Origin: Methanomassiliicoccaceae archaeon
GTDB taxonomy: Archaea; Thermoplasmatota; Thermoplasmata; Methanomassiliicoccales; Methanomassiliicoccaceae
Assembly (NCBI GenBank): GCA_040776945.1
Contig: JAXGZN010000001.1
Location: 992,001-1,056,000 of the forward strand
Length of the DNA: 64,000 bases
Direction of reading: 5' to 3'
This document shows positions 19,869 through 29,433 of this stretch, one piece after another. The position numbers were made by a program, and so were the translations under genes. Positions within the stretch are counted from its first letter, which is position 1; every line of letters starts with the position of its first letter. A model generated the notes under the pieces. That model ran no database searches and was not told where the DNA came from. It worked only from the letters and a program-made list of their open reading frames with translations.

Positions 19869-20693
19869 ATGGGCGGCATCAGGGAGTTCCTCCGCGAGGA
19901 CATCGGTCGGGGCGACATCACCTCCGAAGCGCTGATCGGGGACCGCAGGGGATCAGGCAAGGTAATCGCGCGGCAGGATTGCGTGATCGCCGGTCTGGAG
20001 GAGGCTGCGGAAGCGTTTTCCATCCTCGGGCTCAGAACAAGGTCCTTGGTCCGGGACGGGGATAGGGTGTGCTCCGGCACCGCGGTTCTGGAGGTGGAGG
20101 GGGACCTTCGCTCCATCTTGTCGGGAGAGAGGGTCGCGCTTAACATGCTCATGCGCATGTCAGGCATCGCCACAGCGACCAGCGAGGTGCTGGCGGCCTG
20201 CCGGGAAAGGAACCCGGGGATCATAATAGCCGGGACGAGGAAGACGACCCCCGGCTTCCGGCGGTATGAAAAGAAGGCGGTGGTCCTGGGCGGCGGCGAC
20301 CCGCACCGCTTCGGGCTGGACGACGGCATACTGATCAAGGACAACCACCTGGCCGTGGTCGGTTCCATCTCGGCCGCGGTGAAGGCCGCGAAGAAAGCAT
20401 CGTTCACGAAGAAGGTGGAGGTGGAGGTCACCTCCCTCGAGGGAGCGCGGGAAGCGGCCGAGGCCGGAGCGGACATAATCCTCGTGGACAACATGGCGCC
20501 GAAGGAGGCCGGGGATTGCCGGGATGAGATCAAGGCCATCGACCCCCGCATCCTGGTGGAGGCGTCCGGAGGCATCACTCCCATCACCGCGCCGGACTAC
20601 GCGGCCTCGGTCGACATAATATCGCTGGGGTGGCTCACTCACTCGGCGAGAGCGGCCGACCTGTCCCTCGACATTACATCCCTTGAACATTGA
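19869..20693 (+). CDS. nadC: Quinolinate phosphoribosyltransferase
   Basis: EDIGRGDIT, ERVALN-MSGIAT, TRKTTPG, HRFGL, IKDNH, EASGGI. Confidence 0.96.
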   Translation: MGGIREFLREDIGRGDITSEALIGDRRGSGKVIARQDCVIAGLEEAAEAFSILGLRTRSLVRDGDRVCSGTAVLEVEGDLRSILSGERVALNMLMRMSGIATATSEVLAACRERNPGIIIAGTRKTTPGFRRYEKKAVVLGGGDPHRFGLDDGILIKDNHLAVVGSISAAVKAAKKASFTKKVEVEVTSLEGAREAAEAGADIILVDNMAPKEAGDCRDEIKAIDPRILVEASGGITPITAPDYAASVDIISLGWLTHSARAADLSLDITSLEH

Positions 20694-21507
20694 CCTTCTT
20701 GCGGTGATGCTGCATCCCTATGCTTTCGGGGGCAGCGCCCATGGCCAGAGCGAGCAGCTCCGCTAGATACAGCACAGGCAGGCCACTCTTCTGCTTAATA
20801 TCGAACTGCACGAAGCAGAACGGGCAAGGGGTAAGGACCGCCGCAGCTCCAGATGACATATAGCGTTCAGACGGGCCGATCAGCATTCTCGATGACAGTT
20901 CCTCGCTTATGCCTGCAAGGCCGCCGCCGCAGCAGCTCGGCCAATCATCCGTTCTTTCGACCCTCGCTCCGGTCCACGAGGCGATGCGGTCCACGACCGC
21001 TGGGCGGAAGGACGAATCGAGCCCCAGCACGGCGCTTGGCCGGACCATATGGCAACCCGGATGGGACACTAGTCTCAAGTTCATCGGTCGGGCGACGGCC
21101 TTCCGCACATCGTCCTCCCGTTCCAGCAATGCTCCGGGCAAGTGTCGGACTGAGACAGTGCCGCGATACTCGCGCCCGATGGCACCTAAGGTCCTGTTGA
21201 CCTGCCGTCGGAGCGAAGCGTCCCTTAGAGCGTGGGACGCCTCCCGCAGGGACATATAGCAGCCGTTGCACAGCGTGAGGATGTCCCTGCCATCCTCCTC
21301 GGCTATGGCAAGCAAGCGCGCCGCGGAGGCCAGCCAAGTATCTTTGGCCATGGTCCGCAGTCCGATGGGCTCCACGCAGCATGCCGCGTCCGGCAGATGC
21401 TCATATTCTATGCCCAGCCGGTCGAGCACGAAGCAGGAGGACGCCTCCAAGAAGGGCAAACGGGTAGGGATCAGGCAGCCGGAGAAAAGATAGAAACGCT
21501 CATTCAC
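20674..21507 (-). CDS. hdrB: Heterodisulfide reductase subunit B-like protein
   Basis: Two CCG-type domains: GC..CC..CNGC and GCH..CCG..CPFC. Confidence 0.85.
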   Translation of the reverse strand: MNERFYLFSGCLIPTRLPFLEASSCFVLDRLGIEYEHLPDAACCVEPIGLRTMAKDTWLASAARLLAIAEEDGRDILTLCNGCYMSLREASHALRDASLRRQVNRTLGAIGREYRGTVSVRHLPGALLEREDDVRKAVARPMNLRLVSHPGCHMVRPSAVLGLDSSFRPAVVDRIASWTGARVERTDDWPSCCGGGLAGISEELSSRMLIGPSERYMSSGAAAVLTPCPFCFVQFDIKQKSGLPVLYLAELLALAMGAAPESIGMQHHRKKVNVQGM

Positions 21508-21958
21508 GGACGAACCTCCGAAGGCCGGTGAGGCGCACGATCTCCGAGCATTCCCCGAGAGCCCTCGCGCTCACTTCACCGTCCGGCAGGCCCAGCTCCT
21601 TCCTGAGCTTCTTGGTCATGCCGGTCCTGGGAAAGCACATCCCGGTGGTCGCGAACCGTTTGGCCTCGTCCACCAGGTATGAGGGCACGTTGCCTCCACC
21701 TGCCGTCCTCTCCCGTAGTAGGGCGATGACCTCCCCCGGCTCCGCACCGGACGGGCACCTCTCAGAACAGCCCATGCATCTGGCGCACAGCCACAGCGAG
21801 CCCTCATCCTCTGGGCGGCATGCTCCCAGCAGAGCCCGGGACATGAGCTCCGCAGGACGGACCCCGCCGTGCCTCTGACTGGGGCACACCGAGGCGCATT
21901 CACCACATTGCTGGCATAGCGTGGCCTCAGGTATGACTGATGCCAGCCAGCGCTCCAT
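21500..21958 (-). CDS. hdrC: Heterodisulfide reductase subunit C-like protein
   Basis: CQQCGECASVCP and WLCARCMGCSERCP 2x[4Fe-4S] motifs; overlaps hdrB. Confidence 0.85.
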   Translation of the reverse strand: MERWLASVIPEATLCQQCGECASVCPSQRHGGVRPAELMSRALLGACRPEDEGSLWLCARCMGCSERCPSGAEPGEVIALLRERTAGGGNVPSYLVDEAKRFATTGMCFPRTGMTKKLRKELGLPDGEVSARALGECSEIVRLTGLRRFVRE

Positions 21959-22162
21959 GGATGAGTCGAAGGAGGTCCTTCTCACGGTCAAGTGAAGTTC
22001 CGGGAGCGATATACAGGTTTCGAAAGAACTAGCCTCCAATTTGAGAAACATTAAGAACAGTAGTGAGCTCGTTGAAGGATGGACGGTCCATGCTCGCTCG
22101 CAGGGAACGCGGTAGGCGGTACGCCCTCGCCCGAAGTGCGCATGGGGAAGGAGGAGCATGAG

Positions 22163-23689
22163 ATGACGATGGAAAAGAGATATCTGACCACCACTGAAGG
22201 AAGGCCAGTCGAGAACGACCAATCATCGATGACCACCGGGAAGAAGGGCGGGTATGGCCTGCTCAACGATTCGCACTTGATAGAGAAGCTGGCCCATTTC
22301 ACCCGGGAGAGGACCCCGGAACGGGTGGTCCATGCCAAGGGGGCGGGGGCCTATGGATATTTTGAGGTCACCGATGACATATCCGATCACACCTGCGCGA
22401 GGTTCCTCTCGGAGGTGGGCAAGAGGACCGAGCTGTTCGCGCGCTTCTCCACGGTGGGCGGCGAAAAGGGCTCCGCCGATTCCGAACGCGACCCCCGGGG
22501 GTTCGCGCTGAAGCTTTACACCGAGGAGGGCAACTACGATATCGTGGGCAACAATACCCCGATCTTCTTCATTCGCGACGCCATCAAGTTCCCTGACTTC
22601 GTCCACACTCAGAAGAGGGACCCACGCACCAACCTTAAGGACCCGACCATGTTCTGGGACTTCCTCTCCCTTGTCCCTGAGTCGGTGCATCAGGTGACCT
22701 TCTTGTTCTCGGACCGGGGTACTCCCGCGGACTATCGTCACATGCATGGTTTTGGGGCCAATACCTGGATGTTCTACAATGACAAGGGTGAGCACTGCTG
22801 GTTCAAGTGGCACTTCCTGACCGATCAGGGCATCAAGAACATGACCGCCAAGGAAGCATCGGAGATGGCCGGTCGGGACCCTGATCATGCCACAAGGGAC
22901 CTGTTCGAAGCCATCGAGAGGGGCGATCACCCATCCTGGACAGCATACGTCCAGATCATGTCGCCCGAGCAGGCCCGGAAGTACCGGTTCGACCCCTTCG
23001 ACGTAACCAAGGTATGGTTCCACAGGGACTTCCCCCTAATCAGGGTGGGCAAGATAGTGCTCGATCGGAACCCTGAGAACTTTTATGCTGAGGTGGAGCA
23101 GGCCGCCTTCGCCCCCAGCACGCTGGTGAGAGGCATCTATCCATCGCCGGACAAGCTGCTGCAGGGCCGCCTCTTCGCTTACAAGGACGCCCATCGATAC
23201 CGTCTGGGCAAGAACCACGACCTAATCCCGGTCAATTCGCCCAAGGGCACGAAGGCGTACACCAACCAGCGGGACGGCAATATGGTGACAGGGGGGAACC
23301 ATGGCCGCATGGCGAACTACTATCCGAACTCGGTCAACCCCTATGGAGAGGCCAAGCATCTCAAGGACGTTCCCGCTCTGGCGCTGGAGGACGCTATCAT
23401 GGCCAGGCACTCCTTCGATATGTTGGAGGACGATTACTTCCAAGCAGGGGAGCTGTACCGGAGGGTCTTGAGCGACATGGACCGCGACCACCTGATCTCC
23501 AACATAGCCCAGCATCTGGGAGGGGCCATAAGGCGGGTACAGTACCGCCAGGCGGCCGTGTTCTATAAGGCCGACAAGGACTACGGCACCAGGGTGGCGA
23601 AGGCGCTGGACCTGGACATGGCCAAGGTCTCTTCCTTGGCGGCCATGTCTGAGAACGAGCGGGCCGAGGCCACCCTAGCGGGCCCGTGA
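22163..23689 (+). CDS. katA: Monofunctional small-subunit heme catalase
   Basis: RERTPERVVHAKG, RFSTV, VGNNTPIFF, QGRLFAY-D; GGAGGAG before ATG 22163. Confidence 0.97.
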   Translation: MTMEKRYLTTTEGRPVENDQSSMTTGKKGGYGLLNDSHLIEKLAHFTRERTPERVVHAKGAGAYGYFEVTDDISDHTCARFLSEVGKRTELFARFSTVGGEKGSADSERDPRGFALKLYTEEGNYDIVGNNTPIFFIRDAIKFPDFVHTQKRDPRTNLKDPTMFWDFLSLVPESVHQVTFLFSDRGTPADYRHMHGFGANTWMFYNDKGEHCWFKWHFLTDQGIKNMTAKEASEMAGRDPDHATRDLFEAIERGDHPSWTAYVQIMSPEQARKYRFDPFDVTKVWFHRDFPLIRVGKIVLDRNPENFYAEVEQAAFAPSTLVRGIYPSPDKLLQGRLFAYKDAHRYRLGKNHDLIPVNSPKGTKAYTNQRDGNMVTGGNHGRMANYYPNSVNPYGEAKHLKDVPALALEDAIMARHSFDMLEDDYFQAGELYRRVLSDMDRDHLISNIAQHLGGAIRRVQYRQAAVFYKADKDYGTRVAKALDLDMAKVSSLAAMSENERAEATLAGP

Positions 23690-23739
23690 TCGGTCCCTGA
23701 CGCGATGGAATTAATACCGATCAGAACGGTCCATGGTCC

Positions 23740-23913
23740 ATGGACATCGAGAAAGAGAAGTGCCAGATATGCGGCCGGCCGGCCAAGAACTACCAGTTCG
23801 CCGCCTTCGTGTGCGACCGTGACGAGTGCGTGGAGAAGGCGATGCAGGAGAGGGGAGGACCGGCCGGTCACATCAAGGCCAAGCGGGAGGCCGAGGAACG
23901 GCGGAAGAGGTGA
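23740..23913 (+). CDS. Small putative zinc-binding protein (57 aa), not in the ORF track
   Basis: MDIEKEKCQICGRPAKNYQFAAFVCDRDECVEKAMQERGGPAGHIKAKREAEERRKR; CxxC + CxxxxC; high GC3; AATTAATA about 25 nt upstream. Confidence 0.75.
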   Translation: MDIEKEKCQICGRPAKNYQFAAFVCDRDECVEKAMQERGGPAGHIKAKREAEERRKR

Positions 23914-24350
23914 TCACAGGTCAAGGCCGACGCCCTCTGGCCAAGGATGGGGCGGGTTGAGACCGGACCCGCGCACAACCGCTATCCGCGGAAAGGCATG
24001 GGATGGAGGTCGAGCGGCCATCGTCCAGCTTATTTGCCAGAACCATCGCCCGAGCGCCCCATTACTATAGGGCGTCGAAGGCCTGGTGGAGATGCTCCGT
24101 TCCCCGCCAGGCAGCGCCCCCCCATAATTGCTTCGGCCCACCCGCGCCCTCGATGTCCACGCTCCCGGACCTCACCGGTCCCAACGTTCTCCTGTCCCGT
24201 CTCATAAAAAGGCCCTTCGAGATCGGGGGAGGCCGAGGCGACACGGGGGCACTATCCGGTCGATCTCTCCTGTCAATTCATTGAACGCTCATCGGCCGAC
24301 CATACAACTTCTCAGGACCATCGATGCGCGTCGAGAGAACCTGCCAACGA

Positions 24351-25472
24351 TCACTGCAAGAGGGACCTGGCCGCCCGGACATGGAGGTCCTCGATGCGCA
24401 CGCGCCTCTGGAGCCCTGGACCATGATGGCGGTCCGCGCACGATAGGTGCACCAGGCACTTGGGGCAGGCCGTGACCAAGGTCTCCGCACCGGTCGCTCC
24501 CGCCTCACCGAGCCTCTCCAACTGCACCTTCTTGGCAGTATGGTCGCATTCGACCCAGCCAGCCGTGCCGCAGCATCCCGACATGGCGCCGCTGCGCTCC
24601 ATCTCCCTGAGCGTGCCGGTGAGCTTGAGCACCTCGCGCGGCTGGTCCACTATGCCCGCCCCCCGGCTCAGCCGGCAAGGGTCCTGGAACGTAACGGTCT
24701 CATCGCCGCCATTGAGCCGAAGCTTCCCGGCGGCGATGCCTTCGGCGAGCACCTCTGACATGGTCCGGACCCGAAGCCCGGTGCTTCCCAAGGCCCGGGG
24801 GTACAGGTCCCTCCATGCGTAGGCGCATTCTGGGCAGAAAGCGACGATCTCCTTGATCCCGGAACCCTTCACCGCTTCCACGTTCATGACGGCCAGCTCT
24901 CTGAAAAGATCGTCGTTCCCGGCCCAATAGGCATCATGCCCGCAGCATCTCTCCGAAGCGAGCAGCCTCGGCCGCACGCCCATCGCGTTAAGCAGCCGGA
25001 CCGATGCACGGGGGATCTCCAACAGGTCATCGCGTATGTATCTGAGGGTCACGTCCATGTACGGGACGCAGCCCACGAACAGCAGAACGTCGGAGGCCGG
25101 GTCGATCTCCAGGTCCGGGGTCAGCCACCCGGCCGACCTCGGTTCCAGATCGGGTGAGGCGGTGAGCTTCGCCGCTCTCGTGAGCACCCCGTGATGGGCT
25201 GCAACGGGCAACGATGCCTTAGATGACCTGCGTCGAAGCTCTCTCACCATCTCCGGGAAGTCGACCCCGGCGCCGCACACGTCGGCGCATGCTCCGCAGG
25301 CGGTGCATGCCCACAACCCTCCCGCGCGGTCCAGACCACGGCCGGCCAAGGCGTCCTCGACCACCTTCCTCGGGGAGAAACTGGAATGACGATGCGCTGC
25401 CACGCAGGCGTATGTGCATCGGCCGCAGCCTATACAGGCCCCGGCCCCCGTTCTCTCGATGAGATCATCCAT
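24351..25472 (-). CDS. hdrD: HdrD-like Fe-S oxidoreductase (2x[4Fe-4S] plus two CCG domains)
   Basis: CIGCGRC-C, WACTACGAC-C, FVGC..CCG..CPEC, DPC..CCG..CPKC. Confidence 0.82.
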   Translation of the reverse strand: MDDLIERTGAGACIGCGRCTYACVAAHRHSSFSPRKVVEDALAGRGLDRAGGLWACTACGACADVCGAGVDFPEMVRELRRRSSKASLPVAAHHGVLTRAAKLTASPDLEPRSAGWLTPDLEIDPASDVLLFVGCVPYMDVTLRYIRDDLLEIPRASVRLLNAMGVRPRLLASERCCGHDAYWAGNDDLFRELAVMNVEAVKGSGIKEIVAFCPECAYAWRDLYPRALGSTGLRVRTMSEVLAEGIAAGKLRLNGGDETVTFQDPCRLSRGAGIVDQPREVLKLTGTLREMERSGAMSGCCGTAGWVECDHTAKKVQLERLGEAGATGAETLVTACPKCLVHLSCADRHHGPGLQRRVRIEDLHVRAARSLLQ

Positions 25473-25887
25473 CTCTCCGTCCCCCCGCCGGCCCCAGGTC
25501 ACGAAGAAGGTCACAGAACTCATCGACCGTGCGGCCGAAAAGATCGCCCTCGGACGCGGATATCCATCTGAGCACGAGCCGTTCGCGTCCGATCCCCAGA
25601 AGGTCGAGCAGCTCCCAGGTGTCCCGCACCCTCACCTCCTCCTTCTCATTCCCCGAGGCATAGTGGCAGTCGCCAGGGTGACAGCCTAGGACCATCACCC
25701 CATCCGCTCCTCGGTCGAAGCATTCCAGTATGAGGCCCGCATCGATGCGGCTGGAGCACATTACCCGGATGATCCGGACATCAGGCGAGTACTGTCTCCT
25801 GGTGACCCCGGCCAGATCAGCGCCGGCATATGCACACCAGTTGCAGCAGAAGGCTATCACCTTTGGCCGCCAACTAGTTTCAGGCAT
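25465..25887 (-). CDS. mvhD: MvhD/FlpD family [2Fe-2S] subunit
   Basis: FCCNWCAYAGADLAG, RVMCSSR, GCHPGDCHY, WISASEG. Confidence 0.92.
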   Translation of the reverse strand: MPETSWRPKVIAFCCNWCAYAGADLAGVTRRQYSPDVRIIRVMCSSRIDAGLILECFDRGADGVMVLGCHPGDCHYASGNEKEEVRVRDTWELLDLLGIGRERLVLRWISASEGDLFGRTVDEFCDLLRDLGPAGGRRDG

Positions 25888-26012
25888 CGTTGCCGTCTAA
25901 CGCCTAGAGGATTTAAAATGCTCCCCCGAGACATCCCGGACCATCGCAGGTTCGATGCCTTTAGGGCTTCAAGGGGCAAAGGTTAAGTGGCATTGGACCG
26001 TCATCGCGGAAC

Positions 26013-26714
26013 GTGAGGATAATCGGCTTCATCAAGACATCCCTGCTCGATTGGGACGGACACGTCACGGCGGTGATCTACCTTCCTGGCTGCAATTTCC
26101 GCTGCCCTTTCTGCCATAACCGGGAAGTGGTGCTCTCGTCCGACTCAATGGACGAGGTGCCCCTCGAGGTCATAGAAGAATACTATGTGGCCAACTCTGA
26201 GTTCCTCGACGGCATCGTGGTGACCGGCGGAGAGCCCACGGTCCATGCCGACCTCCCCAAGCTGCTCTCGAGGCTGAAGGCCCTGGGTGCCAAGGTGAAG
26301 CTGGACACCAACGGGACCAATCCCGACATGCTGCGGGACGTGATCGGTTCCGGACTGGTCGACTACGTGGCCATGGACATCAAGGCCCCGCTGGACGAGA
26401 AGTACGACGACCTTGCCGGAGTGCGCGTTCCGATAGATCGGATAAAACGGTCCATCGAGGTCCTGCGCGGGTCCGGCGTCGACCACGAGTTCCGCACCAC
26501 GGTGGTGCCGATACTGCTGGCCCCAACCGACGTGGAACGCATCGCGGCGTACATCGGGGGCGCAAGCAAATATGCCATACAGCAGTTCCGCCCAGGAGAT
26601 ACGCTGGACGCGAACCTGGCGATGGTGAAGCCATACCCCCGAGGCGCCATACTGGCAATGGCGGAGAACGCCAAAAGGTATGTGCGCAAAGTGGTGGTCC
26701 GCGGGGACGTCTAG
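26013..26714 (+). CDS. nrdG: Anaerobic ribonucleotide reductase activase-type radical SAM enzyme
   Basis: SLLDWDG, GCNFRCPFCHN, TGGEPT, KLDTNG, MDIKAP, EFRTT. Confidence 0.88.
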   Translation: MRIIGFIKTSLLDWDGHVTAVIYLPGCNFRCPFCHNREVVLSSDSMDEVPLEVIEEYYVANSEFLDGIVVTGGEPTVHADLPKLLSRLKALGAKVKLDTNGTNPDMLRDVIGSGLVDYVAMDIKAPLDEKYDDLAGVRVPIDRIKRSIEVLRGSGVDHEFRTTVVPILLAPTDVERIAAYIGGASKYAIQQFRPGDTLDANLAMVKPYPRGAILAMAENAKRYVRKVVVRGDV

Positions 26715-26761
26715 AAAACCAGTTATCAATAACAATACCGGGCCGAGAAGTTTTATCCACC

Positions 26762-26790
26762 CTAGTATTATCTTTTTCAAACAATACTAG
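26762..26790. promoter_or_regulatory. Inverted repeat, candidate operator upstream of the KaiC-like pair
   Basis: CTAGTATT-N13-AATACTAG in an AT-rich spacer about 20 nt before TTG 26810. Confidence 0.5.
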
Positions 26791-26809
26791 CTCTTTAGAG
26801 GGACCGACC

Positions 26810-27523
26810 TTGGATCAGACAGTTCGTTTGAAGACATATATCGAAGGCTTCGACCGAGCCCTGGAAGGGGGGATCCCTCAAGGGCACATCGTTCTTATGG
26901 CCGGCACTCCGGGGACGATGAAATCATCCCTGACCTATTATGCTCTGTACAATCAGGCCAAAGAGAGCGGGACTACCTGCGTGTATGTTACCCTGGAACA
27001 GTCCAGAAACTCCCTTCTTCGTCAGATGGAGAAGATGGGAATGCGCACCGAAGAGGTTAGGCAGAGCCTTCACATCCTGGACCTGGGGATAATAAGGAAG
27101 AATCTCAAGAGCAGCGCCTGCTCGGAGTCATGGATGCAGGTGTTCAAAGGGTACCTCAATTCACTTAAGAACGATCTGGGGTTCAGCGTGCTGGCCATAG
27201 ATTCCCTGGGCGTTCTGGAGACATTATCATCGATGAGCAACCGGAGGACCGACCTGTTCTATCTCTTTGAATGGTTGAGGGACCTCAACGCGACCTCGTT
27301 CCTGATCTCTGAGGTATCTCCGGACCGGTTGTTCGACGGTTCATACGACGAGGGCTATCTGGCTGACGGCATCATAACGATGAAGATGCACGTGGTGCGG
27401 GAAGTGGAGACCCAGAGGCGCATCCGATGCGTAAAGATGAGGGAGACCAACCACGACCCGTCGTACTTCTCCTTGATATTCTCCGCCGGCAGGTTCCAAG
27501 TGACCAAGGCCATCAGTGAGTGA
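26810..27523 (+). CDS. KaiC-like/RAD55 family ATPase (single domain)
   Basis: GGIP, Walker A GTPGTMKS, LEQ, Walker B LAIDSL, YLADGII, VKMRET. Confidence 0.9.
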   Translation: MDQTVRLKTYIEGFDRALEGGIPQGHIVLMAGTPGTMKSSLTYYALYNQAKESGTTCVYVTLEQSRNSLLRQMEKMGMRTEEVRQSLHILDLGIIRKNLKSSACSESWMQVFKGYLNSLKNDLGFSVLAIDSLGVLETLSSMSNRRTDLFYLFEWLRDLNATSFLISEVSPDRLFDGSYDEGYLADGIITMKMHVVREVETQRRIRCVKMRETNHDPSYFSLIFSAGRFQVTKAISE

Positions 27524-27532
27524 GGGGAGGGA

Positions 27533-28984
27533 ATGCCACGCGTTCTGGAATGCCCGAGATGCGGTGCAGGGATAGGTCATAACGACACCCAGTGCTGGCG
27601 CTGCGGCGAGCCTGTGAAAGGAGGCAGCGGAAGCGCAAGGCTCAACGCCCTCTCCATGGGCAAGACGCCCGGTCCGGCCATCCGCGATCTACGTAATTCC
27701 AAGAACAAGGAGGTCCCCCGAACACAGCCGATGATACGGCCTATAGTCGAGCCCTACAACGGCCGGGAGAAGGAGCTGGCCGACAGAGAGAGGGAAGTGA
27801 GGGAGACCATGGCGGCCCTTGAGGCCGAGGCTAAGGAGCTGGAGGCCGCCGCCGCTGAACTGGAGAAGGAACGGCTCTCTCTCAAGGAGGCCAGAGACCG
27901 CGTCATGAGGCGGGAGGAGGAGCTGGACGCAAAGGCGATACTCCTTGAGGACATCCTCACGGTGACGCAGGAGATCAAGGCCGATGGCCCGGCAACACTC
28001 TCCGAGGACGATCGGGAGGTGCTTGAGGAGGCCAGAGCCGAGCTGGGCTCGGTGCTGGACGAGGAGAGGGAGCGGATACGCCGGGAGGTGGAGAGGGAGA
28101 TGGCCGACCAGCTCACCCGCATCCATCAGCTGGAGGTGGAGCTCAGGATCGCCAGGTCCCAGTTGGACGAGGTCCCCGAACCCGAGCCCGCGATCGACAT
28201 CTCTCGCGTGCTGTCCCAGGTTGTGGCCGAGATGCGTCCTCAGATAGGAGCGGGGACATCCGCGGACATGGCAATGGGATCGATATCCACACACGTGGAA
28301 CGTCTCGATCAGATACTGGCAGGAGGGGTTCCCGAGGGCAGCGTGGTGTTGGTCAATGGTCCTCCAGGAAGCATGAAGACCTCTCTCACGTTCAACATCC
28401 TACACAACTCCGCGGCCAAGAGCGCGATGAAGGGGCTCTTCCTGTCGCTGGAGCAGGACAGCGCCTCCCTGCTGAGGCAGATGGCCCGTCTGGGTATGAA
28501 CAGGGACGAGTCACTGGACCGCCTCATGGTGGTGGACCTGATCGACCTCCGCAGGAGCATGGAAGGCCAGAGCGGAGACTGGCGCAGGATAATCGCCCGC
28601 TACGTGGAGGAAACGGTGAGGGCCAACGGCATCAAGGTGCTGGCGCTGGATTCCCTTGAGTCGTTCGCCGCGATGTCCCAGATAGAGCTGACGAGGGCCG
28701 AGGTCCAGGACCTTTTCGATCACTTCCGCTCGCTGGGCCTGACCACCTTCATCATATCCGAGACGCCCATGGCCAGACTGGAAGGCGACCAGAGGATGGA
28801 GCTGTACGTGGCCGATGGAGCCCTGGAGCTCTCCCTTAAGGAGACAGGCGATTGTCGAATGCAGCGGTGGCTGAGATGCGTGAAGATGAGAGGGGCGAAC
28901 ATCGATCCTCGCTTCTACTGCATGATGCACGCCGGGGGCTCGTTCATATTCAGCGTGCCGATGAACAGGGTATGCGCTGAGTAG
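27533..28984 (+). CDS. Zinc ribbon + coiled coil + KaiC-like ATPase fusion
   Basis: CPRC..CWRC N-terminus, Glu/Arg-rich heptads, GPPGSMKT, LALDSL, YVADG, VKMRG. Confidence 0.88.
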   Translation: MPRVLECPRCGAGIGHNDTQCWRCGEPVKGGSGSARLNALSMGKTPGPAIRDLRNSKNKEVPRTQPMIRPIVEPYNGREKELADREREVRETMAALEAEAKELEAAAAELEKERLSLKEARDRVMRREEELDAKAILLEDILTVTQEIKADGPATLSEDDREVLEEARAELGSVLDEERERIRREVEREMADQLTRIHQLEVELRIARSQLDEVPEPEPAIDISRVLSQVVAEMRPQIGAGTSADMAMGSISTHVERLDQILAGGVPEGSVVLVNGPPGSMKTSLTFNILHNSAAKSAMKGLFLSLEQDSASLLRQMARLGMNRDESLDRLMVVDLIDLRRSMEGQSGDWRRIIARYVEETVRANGIKVLALDSLESFAAMSQIELTRAEVQDLFDHFRSLGLTTFIISETPMARLEGDQRMELYVADGALELSLKETGDCRMQRWLRCVKMRGANIDPRFYCMMHAGGSFIFSVPMNRVCAE

Positions 28985-29433
28985 CAATGGCCGCCATTGT
29001 ATGATCGGACGCAGGCCTTTCCATAGGCGCATGAAAGGCTTCCGCTCTACCCGGACAAAATGAGGGCAGTTCAGCGACGGCAGCATCGGTCCAATCCATC
29101 ACCACATGAGCGACGCTCGGCCGACCGTGACCCTATGGGACCATCTAGAACGAGGGGCCTCGGAGCGAACGCCCCTTTGCAGGCGGTCAGGTCCCACAAC
29201 GGCAGCGGTGCTTTCAGCCCGGCTTTGGAACGATCGACCGAGGTGCTGGCTGAACCGGTTGGGAGCGAGCGCCTTTTCCATCGTCACTAGTGCGGCAGCG
29301 GGCGAACGGACATCGATGAGGATGATGAGCATCGATCCCTTCAACACCTCCTCGCCCCGCTTTCAATGAGGGACTTCCAGCTCGCATAGGTTAAATACAA
29401 AAATCATAATTTAGCCAGCGGAGGAACGAGACC

